Shown here in pieces: positions 15,055-24,498 of a stretch of DNA of 37,159 nucleotides; within the stretch, counting starts at the first letter, position 1; each line of letters starts with the position of its first letter. The notes under the pieces were generated by a model. It ran no database searches. It had not been told where the DNA came from and was given only the letters and a program-made list of their open reading frames with translations. Position numbers and translations under genes: made by a program. The stretch is from positions 1-37,159 of the forward strand of contig JACRDV010000029.1 of assembly GCA_024860865.1 (NCBI GenBank), given 5' to 3'. This stretch comes from Methanobacteriota archaeon (GTDB lineage Archaea; JACRDV01).

Positions 15055-15858
15055 ATGCCTGAAATCGGAAAACGCATTCGTTTAGAGCGGATTCTCAACC
15101 GTGACAGCCACAAAATATTAATTGTCCCAATGGACCATGGCGTGACAGTAGGGCCTATTAAAGGAATAATAAACGTGGCTGAGATGGTTAACAAAGTGGC
15201 TGAAGGTGGAGCTACCGCAGTTCTATTACACAAAGGCATAATTCAAGCGGGCCATCGTGGATACGGGAGAGATATTGGCCTTATAATTCACGTTTCGGCC
15301 TCAACAGCTCTCGGCCCCGACCCTAATTACAAAATTCAAGCAACTTCGATCAAAGAAGCCATCAAACTTGGAGCAGATGCAGTTTCAATCCACGTTAATG
15401 TTGGCGCAAATGATGAGCCTGAAATGTTAAGAACTCTTGGATCGGTTGCTGAACAATGTGCTGAATGGGGGATGCCGTTGCTCGCGATGATGTATCCAAG
15501 AGGACCAAAAGTTAAGAGCGAACATGCTGTAGAGTTCGTAAAACATGCAGCTAGGGTCGGAGCGGAGTTAGGAGCAGACATTATAAAAACAAATTACACA
15601 GGTAGCGTTGAATCATTTAAAGAAGTGGTCGACGGCTCTCCAGTTCCAGTTGTAATTGCAGGTGGACCGAAGATGGCGAATGATCTAGAACTTTTAACTA
15701 CGGTGAAAGGTGCTATAGATGCTGGTGCCAAGGGTGTGGCATTTGGAAGAAATATTTTCCAACATTCTAATCCGACATTAATTACGAAAGCTATTGGTAT
15801 GATTGTACATGAAAATGCTGATGTAGAAGAAGCAACTAAAATACTGAGCAAACATTAA
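15055..15858 (+). CDS. aroA': 2-amino-3,7-dideoxy-D-threo-hept-6-ulosonate (ADH) synthase, class I aldolase family (archaeal shikimate step 1)
   Basis: GKRIRLERI....[14 protein letters not shown] and the DeoC/FbaB-type aldolase layout. Directly upstream of DHQ synthase II. Confidence 0.9.
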   Translation: MPEIGKRIRLERILNRDSHKILIVPMDHGVTVGPIKGIINVAEMVNKVAEGGATAVLLHKGIIQAGHRGYGRDIGLIIHVSASTALGPDPNYKIQATSIKEAIKLGADAVSIHVNVGANDEPEMLRTLGSVAEQCAEWGMPLLAMMYPRGPKVKSEHAVEFVKHAARVGAELGADIIKTNYTGSVESFKEVVDGSPVPVVIAGGPKMANDLELLTTVKGAIDAGAKGVAFGRNIFQHSNPTLITKAIGMIVHENADVEEATKILSKH

Positions 15859-15900
15859 GACACTAAAAGGTTAATTTTAATTTTTATTTTAGGTTTTTCT

Positions 15901-16998
15901 ATGAAAACTTTTTGGGTAGCAGCAAATCAAAATATACCATGGGAAACGCGAAAAAAATTCGTCACTACTGCCATAGAGTCTGGAGCTGAGGCTGTCTTAA
16001 TAAATTCTAATGAAGTTGAAAAAGTAAGAGAATTAGGTAAAATATTTGTAACAGCCCCACCTTCTGAAAAAAATGTTGCGGATATTGTAGTAACAACTGA
16101 AATAGATACAAGATTAATTCAGGATCTCAAAGAAAAGGGATTTCAGGCAGCCATCAGTGTAATAATCGATGAAAAAACAAAAGAGCAACCTGCTATTGCT
16201 GCTGCAAAAACAGGAGCAAACTATGTGATTATATCAGCTAGAGACTGGAAAATTATACCGCTTGAAAATTTAGTAGCTGAATTACAAAAAACGAACACAA
16301 AAATTGTAGCCGAAGCCAAGACTGCAGAAGAGGGACGAACTTTATTTGGCACTTTAGAGAAAGGAGTAGATGTTATTTTAATTGATCCTTCTCGATCAAG
16401 CTTAGATGAAATCAAAAAACTACACTATGTGGTTGAAGGCCTTAAGTCCGAAAAAATCACTTTAGCACCGGCAAAAATTACTAAAATTAAGCCCGTAGGC
16501 ATGGGAGACCGCGTTTGCATTGATACATGTTCGCTTCTTAGAGTTGGAGAAGGTGTACTCGTTGGATCAAAATCTACTGGATTGTTTTTAATTCATAGCG
16601 AAACAGTTGAAACACCATACGTGGAAACAAGACCATTTAGAGTTAATGCTGGCCCAGTACATGCTTATGTAAAAGTAATAGGCGGCAAAACTAAGTATTT
16701 AAGTGAACTAAAAGCTGGAGATGAAATATTAATTGTAGATAAAAGTGGCGAAACTAGGACTGCTATTGTTGGAAGAGTAAAAATCGAGAGACGCCCGTTG
16801 ATGTTAATTGAAGCAGAACATAAAGGAAATAAAATTAAAACATTAGTACAAAATGCTGAGACTATTAGGCTAGTAAATAAAGAAGGGCAACCAATTTCTG
16901 TTGTTAATTTAAAGCCCGGCGATGAGATATTAGCTGCAATTGAAGAAGAAGCAAGACATTTTGGTATAAAAATTCACGAAACTATTATTGAGAGATAG
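15901..16998 (+). CDS. aroB': 3-dehydroquinate synthase II (archaeal type)
   Basis: MGDRVCIDTCSLL..GEGVLVGSKSTGLFLIHSETVETPYVETRPFRVNAGPVHAY is the DHQS-II signature region. Confidence 0.9.
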   Translation: MKTFWVAANQNIPWETRKKFVTTAIESGAEAVLINSNEVEKVRELGKIFVTAPPSEKNVADIVVTTEIDTRLIQDLKEKGFQAAISVIIDEKTKEQPAIAAAKTGANYVIISARDWKIIPLENLVAELQKTNTKIVAEAKTAEEGRTLFGTLEKGVDVILIDPSRSSLDEIKKLHYVVEGLKSEKITLAPAKITKIKPVGMGDRVCIDTCSLLRVGEGVLVGSKSTGLFLIHSETVETPYVETRPFRVNAGPVHAYVKVIGGKTKYLSELKAGDEILIVDKSGETRTAIVGRVKIERRPLMLIEAEHKGNKIKTLVQNAETIRLVNKEGQPISVVNLKPGDEILAAIEEEARHFGIKIHETIIER

Positions 16999-17001
16999 AT
17001 T

Positions 17002-17751
17002 ATGAGATTATCAGCAAAGAAACCAATTGAGATTGGGAAAGTTTTAGTTGGGAGAGATATTCGAATATGTGCCTCTATCATGGGTAATGATGAAAGCGAA
17101 GTTCTAGAACTAATTAATAGGGCAAATGCAGCTGATTTAATTGAAATTAGATTAGATGGATTTAATAAAATCAATCCAGCTATAACTAAACGTGTTCTAC
17201 GAACTGCTAAAATACGCAGTGGCTACCCAATAATAGCAACAAATAGAATGGAGGCTGACGGTGGAAGCTTTCCAGGTTCTGAGAGAGATAGGATTGAAAA
17301 TTTAATTGCAGCCCTTGAAATTGCTGATGCAATTGACATAGAACTTCGCTCTCAACTTGAGTTAAGAGATGAACTAATTGAAAAAGCAAAAGAGAAACGA
17401 ATTCCAACAATAGTTTCTTACCATAATTTTGAGAGGATGCCGCCGAAAAATGAACTATTGCAAATTCTCGATGAAGAAGTTCAAGCAGGGGCGAGTATTG
17501 CGAAAATTGCAGTTATGACAAAGTCATTAGAAAATATTTTAACTGTGCTTGATACAACTTTGCTTGCCAAGGCTAGAGTTGAAATTCCAGTAAGTATAAT
17601 TGCAATGGGTGAAATTGCAAAACATGCTAGAGTAATTACCCCAATTTATGGATCAGATTTGATCTATGCAGCGGTTGATGAAGGAAGAAGTACAGCACCT
17701 GGTCAATTAACGGTTCAAGAGGTACGTGAAGCTCTAGGGATTTTGACCTAA
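17002..17751 (+). CDS. aroD: 3-dehydroquinate dehydratase, type I
   Basis: ICASIMG..ADLIEIRLD..IIATNR..SYHNFE..AKIAVM pattern, plus operon position. Confidence 0.9.
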   Translation: MRLSAKKPIEIGKVLVGRDIRICASIMGNDESEVLELINRANAADLIEIRLDGFNKINPAITKRVLRTAKIRSGYPIIATNRMEADGGSFPGSERDRIENLIAALEIADAIDIELRSQLELRDELIEKAKEKRIPTIVSYHNFERMPPKNELLQILDEEVQAGASIAKIAVMTKSLENILTVLDTTLLAKARVEIPVSIIAMGEIAKHARVITPIYGSDLIYAAVDEGRSTAPGQLTVQEVREALGILT

Positions 17752-17752
17752 T

Positions 17753-18619
17753 GTGGTGGTGACTTTGGAAATTTTAACCACCACCAAAGTTTTTGCTTTA
17801 ATTGGAAGCCCAATAACACATTCGCTTTCGCCCCGGATGCACAATGCTGTCTTTAGGCAACTTAACTTAGACTGTGTATATTTAGCCTTTGAAGTTAAAA
17901 AAGAAAATCTAAAGCAAGCTTTTGAAGGGGCTAAAGCATTGGGGATAAAAGGACTAAATGTTACTATTCCACATAAAATTGCTGTTGTTCAATATCTTGA
18001 TGAATTAGATGAATCAGCCCAGTTAACCGGTTCTGTTAACACAATTAAATTCGATGAGAAGGCAGTTGGATTTAATACAGATGGCATTGGGGCTATTCGT
18101 GCACTTGAAGAAGAATCTAATGAAACTGTTCGCGGAAAAAAAGTTGTATTAATTGGAGCAGGTGGAGCAGCTAGAGCAATTGCGTACCAACTCGCACTTA
18201 AGAAGGCGCATGATATAGTTATTGCAAATAGAACTGTAAAAAAGGCCCAAGAACTTGCTGAAGAAGTTGAAACTAAACTAAAAGTAAAAATTAGAGCTTG
18301 TGGAACAAACAAAGGAACGCTCAAGATAGAACTTGAGAGTGCAAAGTTCCTTATTAATGCAACTTCGGTTGGGATGTTTCCAAATGTTAATGAAACACTA
18401 GTTACAGCTGATGTTATGCATTCTGATTTAATTGTTAATGATATAGTCTATAATCCAATTGAAACTCTATTATTAAAAGAAGCAAAGAAAGCAGGAGCTA
18501 GAACAGTAAGTGGTATCGGTATGTTTGTTTATCAAGGAGCAGAGTCTCTTAGGATTTGGTTAGGAATTGACCCTCCAATTGAAACAATGAGACAAGTTGC
18601 TTTAGAAGTTTTAGGATAA
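17753..18619 (+). CDS. aroE: shikimate 5-dehydrogenase
   Basis: FALIGSPITHSLSPRMHNAVF, NVTIPHK, NTDGIG, GAGGAARA. GTG start abuts the aroD stop. Confidence 0.92.
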   Translation: MVVTLEILTTTKVFALIGSPITHSLSPRMHNAVFRQLNLDCVYLAFEVKKENLKQAFEGAKALGIKGLNVTIPHKIAVVQYLDELDESAQLTGSVNTIKFDEKAVGFNTDGIGAIRALEEESNETVRGKKVVLIGAGGAARAIAYQLALKKAHDIVIANRTVKKAQELAEEVETKLKVKIRACGTNKGTLKIELESAKFLINATSVGMFPNVNETLVTADVMHSDLIVNDIVYNPIETLLLKEAKKAGARTVSGIGMFVYQGAESLRIWLGIDPPIETMRQVALEVLG

Positions 18620-18658
18620 TATTTTACTTATTTTTCCACTATTTAGTGGTGGATAAAA

Positions 18659-18931
18659 ATGAGAATGAGAACAACCAAAGCAAAAGTAGATGAAAAATGG
18701 CGAGTTTTAATTCCTAAAGAAGTGCGAGAAGTACTAGGTATTACTCCTAACACTACGATTCAGTTTATTGAAGAAGAAGGTAAATGGTATGTAAAACATG
18801 TTGGAAAAGACCCTCTCGATGAATTAGTAGAACGACTGGAAAAAGGCAAGATAAAACGTGTAGGTAAGCCATTATTGAAAAATGGAAATGAAGCCATTAA
18901 AGTAATCCGACAGATGTGGGGCGAAAAATAG
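18659..18931 (+). CDS. SpoVT/AbrB-type DNA-binding protein (antitoxin-like), no partner toxin
   Basis: KVDEKWRVLIPKEVREVLGITPNTTIQFIEEEGKWYV fits the AbrB swapped-hairpin pattern. Sits between aroE and tyrA. Confidence 0.7.
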   Translation: MRMRTTKAKVDEKWRVLIPKEVREVLGITPNTTIQFIEEEGKWYVKHVGKDPLDELVERLEKGKIKRVGKPLLKNGNEAIKVIRQMWGEK

Positions 18932-19015
18932 TGGAAATAGCAAATGACCTAGAAGATATATCAGAATCAAGCGTATGATCTAACTTTACTCGGTTTACGG
19001 ACAGAAGGAAAAAAA

Positions 19016-20338
19016 ATGAAGATTACAATAATTGGTGGAACTGGACAAATGGGCAGTTGGTTCGCTCATTTTTTTAAAACAAAAGGATTCGATGTAACAA
19101 TTTCCGGCCCAAATACTAAGACTGGCGATGAATTAGCTAAGAAACTTAATATAAAGTATACTCTTGACAACAAAGCTGCAGCAAAAGATGCTGATATTGT
19201 TCTAGTTTCAGTTCCAATTGAGAAAACTGTTGATGTAATAGCTGAAGTAGCTCCTCAAATGAAGACTGGTGCACTCTTGACAGATACTACTTCAGTTAAA
19301 GTTGATCCAGTTAAAGCTATGCAGAAATTCGCTGCTCCAGGTGTTGAAATAATTGGAATGCACCCAATGTTTGCTCCGAGATTTCCAAGTTTAAAGGGTC
19401 AAGTGATTATTCTTACACCAGTAAATCATCCACCTTGGCTAGAGAAGATTAAAGATTTTTTTGAAAAAGAAAATGCAAGAGTTTTTATTGCAACCCCAGA
19501 AATGCATGATGAAATGATGGCAATCATTCAAGGATTAACTCATTTCGTATATATTGCAACTGCAAGCACGCTAAAAAGATTAGGAATTGATATTAAAGAA
19601 TCGCGCAAGCTTATGAGCCCTATCTACGAGCTTACTCTTGATATCATTGCGCGAATTGCGGGTCAAAATCCACGCTTATATGCTGGGATCCAAATGTACA
19701 ACCCAAAAGTGAATGAAATTCACAAAGCATTCATTGAAGAATGCCTTGGATTGCAAAGAGTAATTGAAAGCAAAGATGTGCAAGCATTTGTTAAAATAAT
19801 GAGTTCTGCAGCAAAACATATGGGTGATGTTGAAGAAGCGATGAGAAAATCTGACAAAGCAGTTAGAGCGCTGAATAGAGAACTTGAAGAGCTGACAAAG
19901 AGAATTGGAAAAGAAGTTGCATTGCGGCACATTTACTCTGAAAGTATCCACGTTGGAATTGTTGAAAAAGTTGAGCCCGAAAAAGTTATATTAAAGACAC
20001 AAAGCGGCAGATTAGCTGAATTTAAGATTAGCAATATTGAACTTTTAAGTGATGAAGCGCTTCTAGAATTGAAAAAAGAAAAATTCACAAAAATTACAAG
20101 AGATTTTTCTGTAGTTTTGCCTAAGCAAACAGATCCAAAAGTAATTCAACAAATAGTAGCTAACTCAAATGATAAAATTATTTCAGCAAAAATTTTAGAT
20201 ATTTATGAAGGTGCTCAGATTCCAAGTGATAAAAAAAGCGTTACCATCAGAGTTGAAGCTTTGAGTAATGCCGATCCAAAAATGTTAGAGAATGCTATAA
20301 TAAATTTGCTAAAAGGAATTGGCGGACAAATTAGATAG
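19016..20338 (+). CDS. tyrA: prephenate dehydrogenase fused to a C-terminal FDX-ACB-like (ferredoxin-fold) domain
   Basis: N-terminal MKITIIGGTGQMGSWFA Rossmann and PDH core. The last ~90 aa (RDFSVVLPKQTD..ILDIYEGAQIPSDKKSVTIRVEA..GGQIR) follow the PheRS-beta FDX-ACB pattern RDla.vv...lfDvY.G..ip.gkKSla.rl....ga.lR. Confidence 0.88.
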   Translation: MKITIIGGTGQMGSWFAHFFKTKGFDVTISGPNTKTGDELAKKLNIKYTLDNKAAAKDADIVLVSVPIEKTVDVIAEVAPQMKTGALLTDTTSVKVDPVKAMQKFAAPGVEIIGMHPMFAPRFPSLKGQVIILTPVNHPPWLEKIKDFFEKENARVFIATPEMHDEMMAIIQGLTHFVYIATASTLKRLGIDIKESRKLMSPIYELTLDIIARIAGQNPRLYAGIQMYNPKVNEIHKAFIEECLGLQRVIESKDVQAFVKIMSSAAKHMGDVEEAMRKSDKAVRALNRELEELTKRIGKEVALRHIYSESIHVGIVEKVEPEKVILKTQSGRLAEFKISNIELLSDEALLELKKEKFTKITRDFSVVLPKQTDPKVIQQIVANSNDKIISAKILDIYEGAQIPSDKKSVTIRVEALSNADPKMLENAIINLLKGIGGQIR

Positions 20339-20572
20339 TGTATTGTCTCTTTCCTTTTTCTAGCAATTCAACGCGTGCTCCGAATCGTCAATTCTACTCG
20401 ATATATTAGCCATGAGAGTCACCGGAAGTATTCGCGATTCATCCATGAGCTTAAAGCAAATGGTATTCCCGCGAAATTATCAATAAAACTCGTTATGATT
20501 GGTCAGAAGTGTATCTCAACTCATGCTCAGTCTAAAAAAGCCTTTCGAAACTGAAAATAAAAAGCTACAAAA

Positions 20573-21472
20573 TTATCTTCTCAGCAAACCACGCACTTTT
20601 TCTCGAGAATAAGAAACTACCGTTCTAAGCGCCCTGACAGGAATACTTGAGAGTCTAAAAGGTTTCATAATGCTTTCTAAAGGTTCTCCTACTGTCTCTA
20701 TATTTTCCAGTTTTCCAATACCGAGACCAAGCTCATCTGCTAATTTTATATGTTTAATACTTAAAGGATCAATACCCATAACTGCTGCACCTACAGCATC
20801 TGCGGCCACGATATCATTGCTCGCGATAATAACACCAACTTTAACTGGATTGCCCGAAATTTCGCTTAACTCCCCTCCTATATAACCATCGATAACTGTT
20901 ATTCTTGGTTTTATATAGCGAGCGAGGTCTACTATTTTCTCATGAAGATGAGTGTGCATGTTTCCCTTAGGCAGCACAAATCCCATTAAATTCTTCATTC
21001 CAAGTGTTACTCCCGCATCTCCGTGAACTTTTAATTTTGGAACAGAAATAATGCAATTATTTTCAAAAAAAGCCTTTGCCACGTTTACTCTCTTCAGCGC
21101 CAGTGCATTTGGAATGTCAACTTCAGCTCTTTTGTCTTTGTTTAGATTAACAAGCTTAATTTTTTTGTTATTAGCAATTTCAGTTAAACCAACCAACTTA
21201 AAAGCATCATCTGCAGTTGATTCACTCCAACCGCCTTCTCCAATTGTTATATTATCAATTCCTAGCTGTTGGAGATAATCGATTATCGCTTCGACAACTT
21301 TGGGATCAGTTGTTATGCCAGTTTCAGGTCTTTTCGCTAAAATATAATTTGGCTTGATCAAAACTTTATCATTATCTGATAGCAATTTTGATGCTCTTAT
21401 CAAGTTTAATGCTTTAAGAGTTGCATTGTATATGTTTTCGTCTTTAATAATGGCGACTGTTGCTTTATACAT
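20573..21472 (-). CDS. DUF362 domain protein
   Basis: VAIIK........LIKPN........TDPKVVEAIIDYL...G...ITIGEG pattern typical of DUF362. Confidence 0.7.
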   Translation of the reverse strand: MYKATVAIIKDENIYNATLKALNLIRASKLLSDNDKVLIKPNYILAKRPETGITTDPKVVEAIIDYLQQLGIDNITIGEGGWSESTADDAFKLVGLTEIANNKKIKLVNLNKDKRAEVDIPNALALKRVNVAKAFFENNCIISVPKLKVHGDAGVTLGMKNLMGFVLPKGNMHTHLHEKIVDLARYIKPRITVIDGYIGGELSEISGNPVKVGVIIASNDIVAADAVGAAVMGIDPLSIKHIKLADELGLGIGKLENIETVGEPLESIMKPFRLSSIPVRALRTVVSYSREKVRGLLRR

Positions 21473-21821
21473 GTTATTATCACAAAATAAATAACTGCTT
21501 TATTTTCGAAATTAAACGTTCTCTTTAGCTATACTAACTTTTTTAAACAACGTGAAGTTTACCAATTCTTTTTGAAAAACTTAAAACGGAGAGCTTATAA
21601 CCTTATCGCCTCTATACCGTGCGATAATATCGTCGTCCACCCGCTGTTGAAAAGGACAAAAGCTTTCTTTTTTTAAATCTATGCAAAGAATTTTCCTTGT
21701 AATGGAACTATTGCAACGTATGCCTTTTCTGCTAACCACAACTCTTGCAGTAATAGTAACTTTTTAATAGAAGAAGTGATAAAAGAAGTGAAAAAAGTAA
21801 ATAAATAAGAAGTGTTAATAA

Positions 21822-22082
21822 ATGAAGATAAAATGGTCTAATCACGCCAAAGAAGAGTGTAAAAAGGAGGGTGTTTCTGAAGCTGATGCAAACCAACTTA
21901 TCGAACACGGAGTAGAGGTAATAGATGATGTATTTGAAAAGAAATATCGCATAATTGGATATGTTGGTGCTAAATATTATGTGGCTATCGTGACAAAAAG
22001 TAAAGAAAAACTCAAAGTAACTACATTCTATAAAGCTAGCGATTATGATATTTGGTATTTCAAAAATCAAAGGAGGAAATAA
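21822..22082 (+). CDS. DUF4258-like putative toxin
   Basis: MKIKWSNHAKEECKKEGVSEADANQLIEHG...VTTFY fits DUF4258 (i.is.HA...m.eRgIs.eev...TvY). Immediately followed by a Zn-ribbon/AbrB gene. Confidence 0.6.
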   Translation: MKIKWSNHAKEECKKEGVSEADANQLIEHGVEVIDDVFEKKYRIIGYVGAKYYVAIVTKSKEKLKVTTFYKASDYDIWYFKNQRRK

Positions 22083-22084
22083 AG

Positions 22085-22399
22085 ATGGAGTGCCTTAGAT
22101 GTGATGGAAAGTTAGAAAAGAAGTTAGCAACTATTGAAGCTGGAGGCATTTCTTTTACTGATGAGTATTTTGTTTGCAGTAAATGCGGAAAGATGTACCC
22201 AACTAAGGATCAGATTAAAAAAATGTATGAGAGTTCAAGTCTTCGAAAGCTCTCTTTTGAGAGAAAGATCTCAATGAGCGGCCGTACTTATGTTATTAGA
22301 GTCCCTCAGACTCTTGAAAAATTATATGAAATCCAAGTTGGAAAAAAAGTTAAAATTGCTCCTTTAGATGCAAAAAGAATGTTAGTTGAATTTGAATAA
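22085..22399 (+). CDS. YgiT/MqsA-type zinc-ribbon plus SpoVT/AbrB-like putative antitoxin
   Basis: CLRCDGKL..FVCSKCGK zinc ribbon, then RTYVIRVPQTLEKLYEIQVGKKVKIAPLD. AGGAGG lies 7 nt upstream of the ATG at 22085; the track start at 22052 overlaps the toxin. Confidence 0.6.
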   Translation: MECLRCDGKLEKKLATIEAGGISFTDEYFVCSKCGKMYPTKDQIKKMYESSSLRKLSFERKISMSGRTYVIRVPQTLEKLYEIQVGKKVKIAPLDAKRMLVEFE

Positions 22400-22463
22400 T
22401 TTTTCTTTTTTACTTTCTTCTAAGGAGCAGCCAATATAGTTTTTGATTTATCTTGTTAATGCT

Positions 22464-23609
22464 TTAATATTCTGCTTTTGGATACGATCCTAAAACTTTT
22501 AGAAAAGCAACCTTCTTTTCAAGCGATCTAAGAGCTTCTTCAATAATTGGCTCCCTAACATAACCTTCCATATCTACAAAGAAAAAATAATCGCCAAGCG
22601 CTCGTTTAGATGGCCTTGATTCAATTTTTGTTAAATTGATATTGCGGGCGGCAAATTCCCCTAAGGCTCGATATAGCTCTCCAGGTCTGTTTGATTTTAA
22701 TCCAAATACAACCGAAGTTTTGCTGTTTTTAACCCGTTTTTGCCCAGTTTTTGAAAGAACAATAAATCTAGTAAAATTTTCACCATCTTGGATACTCTCT
22801 GCTAGTGTTTTAAGGCCGTACAATCTGGCTGCTGTTTTTGAGCAAATAGCAGCTATGTCCTTAGTAAAACCTTCTGCAACAGACTTTGCCGCCTCAGCAG
22901 TGCTCGGACTTTGCTTTAATTCTGCACGCGGAAATCTACCTTTTAGGAATTGGTGAGTTTGCGCCAATGCCTGTGGATGTGAAATTATAGTTTTTATATT
23001 TTCGAATTTAGCATTTGGCTTAGCCGCTAAGCAGTGGATGATAGGTAAAACTATTTCGCCATAAATTTTAGCATTAGTTTCGAGCAGAGAATCGAGCGTA
23101 ATTCCAATTGATCCCTCAAGGGAATTTTCAACGGCAACTACTCCATGCTCAACTTTTTCTTCTTCAACGGCATTAAATATTTCAGGTATAGTAAGAAAGG
23201 ACTTTAACTCAATTGTATCAGTGAAATAATACCTCGCTGCTTCTTCAGTAAAGGTTCCTCGTGGCCCAAGAATTGCAACTAATAACTTTTTTCTCTTTGT
23301 TTTTACCCTTGGTTTATATTGTCGATGAAGAAGATGCTCTTTGCGGCGTGCATAATTTATCAAAACTCGCGTAAGAGATTGCGCGAATTCTGGATCAATC
23401 CCAAGTTGTTTGGCATGCTCGATTGCTTTATCAATTATTTCAAGTTCGCGTTTTTCATCATAAACTTCCATTCTCAGCTTTGTTTTTATTTTTTTAATAT
23501 CATATAAAAGCTGAATTCTCTGCGCGATTAACTCTCGAATTTGAAAATCAATGGAATCAATTTTTCTTCTAATTTCTTCAAGCTTTTGGCTGAGTTTTTT
23601 ATTTTTCAA
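22464..23609 (-). CDS. pheA: bifunctional chorismate mutase / prephenate dehydratase with ACT domain
   Basis: N-terminal CM helix (LEEIRRKIDSIDFQIRELIAQR), PDT (VAILGPRGTFTEEAA), ACT (TSVVFGL..RPGELYRALGEFAARNINLTKIESRP). Confidence 0.92.
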   Translation of the reverse strand: MKNKKLSQKLEEIRRKIDSIDFQIRELIAQRIQLLYDIKKIKTKLRMEVYDEKRELEIIDKAIEHAKQLGIDPEFAQSLTRVLINYARRKEHLLHRQYKPRVKTKRKKLLVAILGPRGTFTEEAARYYFTDTIELKSFLTIPEIFNAVEEEKVEHGVVAVENSLEGSIGITLDSLLETNAKIYGEIVLPIIHCLAAKPNAKFENIKTIISHPQALAQTHQFLKGRFPRAELKQSPSTAEAAKSVAEGFTKDIAAICSKTAARLYGLKTLAESIQDGENFTRFIVLSKTGQKRVKNSKTSVVFGLKSNRPGELYRALGEFAARNINLTKIESRPSKRALGDYFFFVDMEGYVREPIIEEALRSLEKKVAFLKVLGSYPKAEY

Positions 23610-24498
23610 GACGAATACCTCTAGCTATCTTGTTATTTATGCCTGCCCACATTGTATACCCAGGGCGTTCCCTCCAAAGCCTCCTAATTAAACAATTTTC
23701 ACTAGGTCCAATCAACACTGGATCAAATATTGCAACATGAGCAGGACCTGTACCTGAGATACCAGCAGCTTCTGCCCCTACATCTAGTGCTTCAATTGTG
23801 ATAGTAGGATCATACCCAAATATTGCTGAATAAACCAATCCATTAAGAGTAAGAGCATTAAAAATATCCCCTTTAAGGGCAGCTTTGAATGCTAATTCAA
23901 CTTGCGGAGCAACTAGCCTGATCTTTCCAACATCAACGCTTGCAGTATATACTTTTTTTCGCGGGATGTAAATTTTAATACTTAAAGTTGGATCCATCTT
24001 AACTCGTTTTAAAATTTTTCTTTTATTATTATCTGTAATTACTCCTCCACCAAAATAAGATGCACATGCATCATCAAACGCACCGGTAATCGTAACCCCT
24101 GCTCCAATCGCTGCATCAACTCCAATATTTATTGCTTCCATATGTGATAACTTTTCACCAAGCGCAGCTGCAGTAGCAAGAACTGTAGCATTTGCAGCAA
24201 CGCTGCTGCTCTTTAACCCCCGTGCAATTGGAATGTTCCCTTGTGTTTTAATTGCAGCACCATAATCTTTTTCAGCTTTAAAGTGCTCAAGCGTTTTTTT
24301 TGCACAAAGCTCAATTAAAGTCGTGCTCTCTCTTGGAGCTCCAATAATTTTGCCCCTATATATCCTTGGCTCATTAATTAATTCAACAGTTGACTGAATG
24401 AACAAATCAAGTCCAAATGCAGCACCTTTTCCAGTGGCTATGGCATTGACAATAGTGGCTGCACCATGGGCAATTCCTAAACCTTTCACTATATCCAC
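23599..24498 (-). CDS. aroK: archaeal GHMP-kinase-type shikimate kinase
   Basis: GAATIVNAIATGKGAAFGLDL and GLKSSSVAANA (GHMP motif II). Sits between aroC and pheA. Confidence 0.85.
   Translation of the reverse strand: MDIVKGLGIAHGAATIVNAIATGKGAAFGLDLFIQSTVELINEPRIYRGKIIGAPRESTTLIELCAKKTLEHFKAEKDYGAAIKTQGNIPIARGLKSSSVAANATVLATAAALGEKLSHMEAINIGVDAAIGAGVTITGAFDDACASYFGGGVITDNNKRKILKRVKMDPTLSIKIYIPRKKVYTASVDVGKIRLVAPQVELAFKAALKGDIFNALTLNGLVYSAIFGYDPTITIEALDVGAEAAGISGTGPAHVAIFDPVLIGPSENCLIRRLWRERPGYTMWAGINNKIARGIRLEK

Noticed and set aside
17755-17782. GGTGGT ... ACCACC inverted repeat at the aroD/aroE junction
   Set aside because: Short 6-bp arms with a 16-nt loop inside coding sequence (VVV..TTT codons). 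Explained by codon content, with no further support.
20336-20554. The frame stays open for 72 codons after the tyrA TAG stop (possible readthrough or pyrrolysine)
   Set aside because: TAG is used as an ordinary stop by several other well-supported genes in the window (ends at 1735, 4028, 8302, 8547). The downstream frame looks like a decayed recombinase remnant, not a TyrA extension.
21581-21739. 52-codon GTG-initiated minus-strand ORF (..CNSSITRKILCIDLKKESFCPFQQRVDDDIIARYRGDKVISSPF) upstream of DUF362
   Set aside because: No ATG, no RBS, no recognisable motif. It could be a remnant, but I cannot support calling it a gene.
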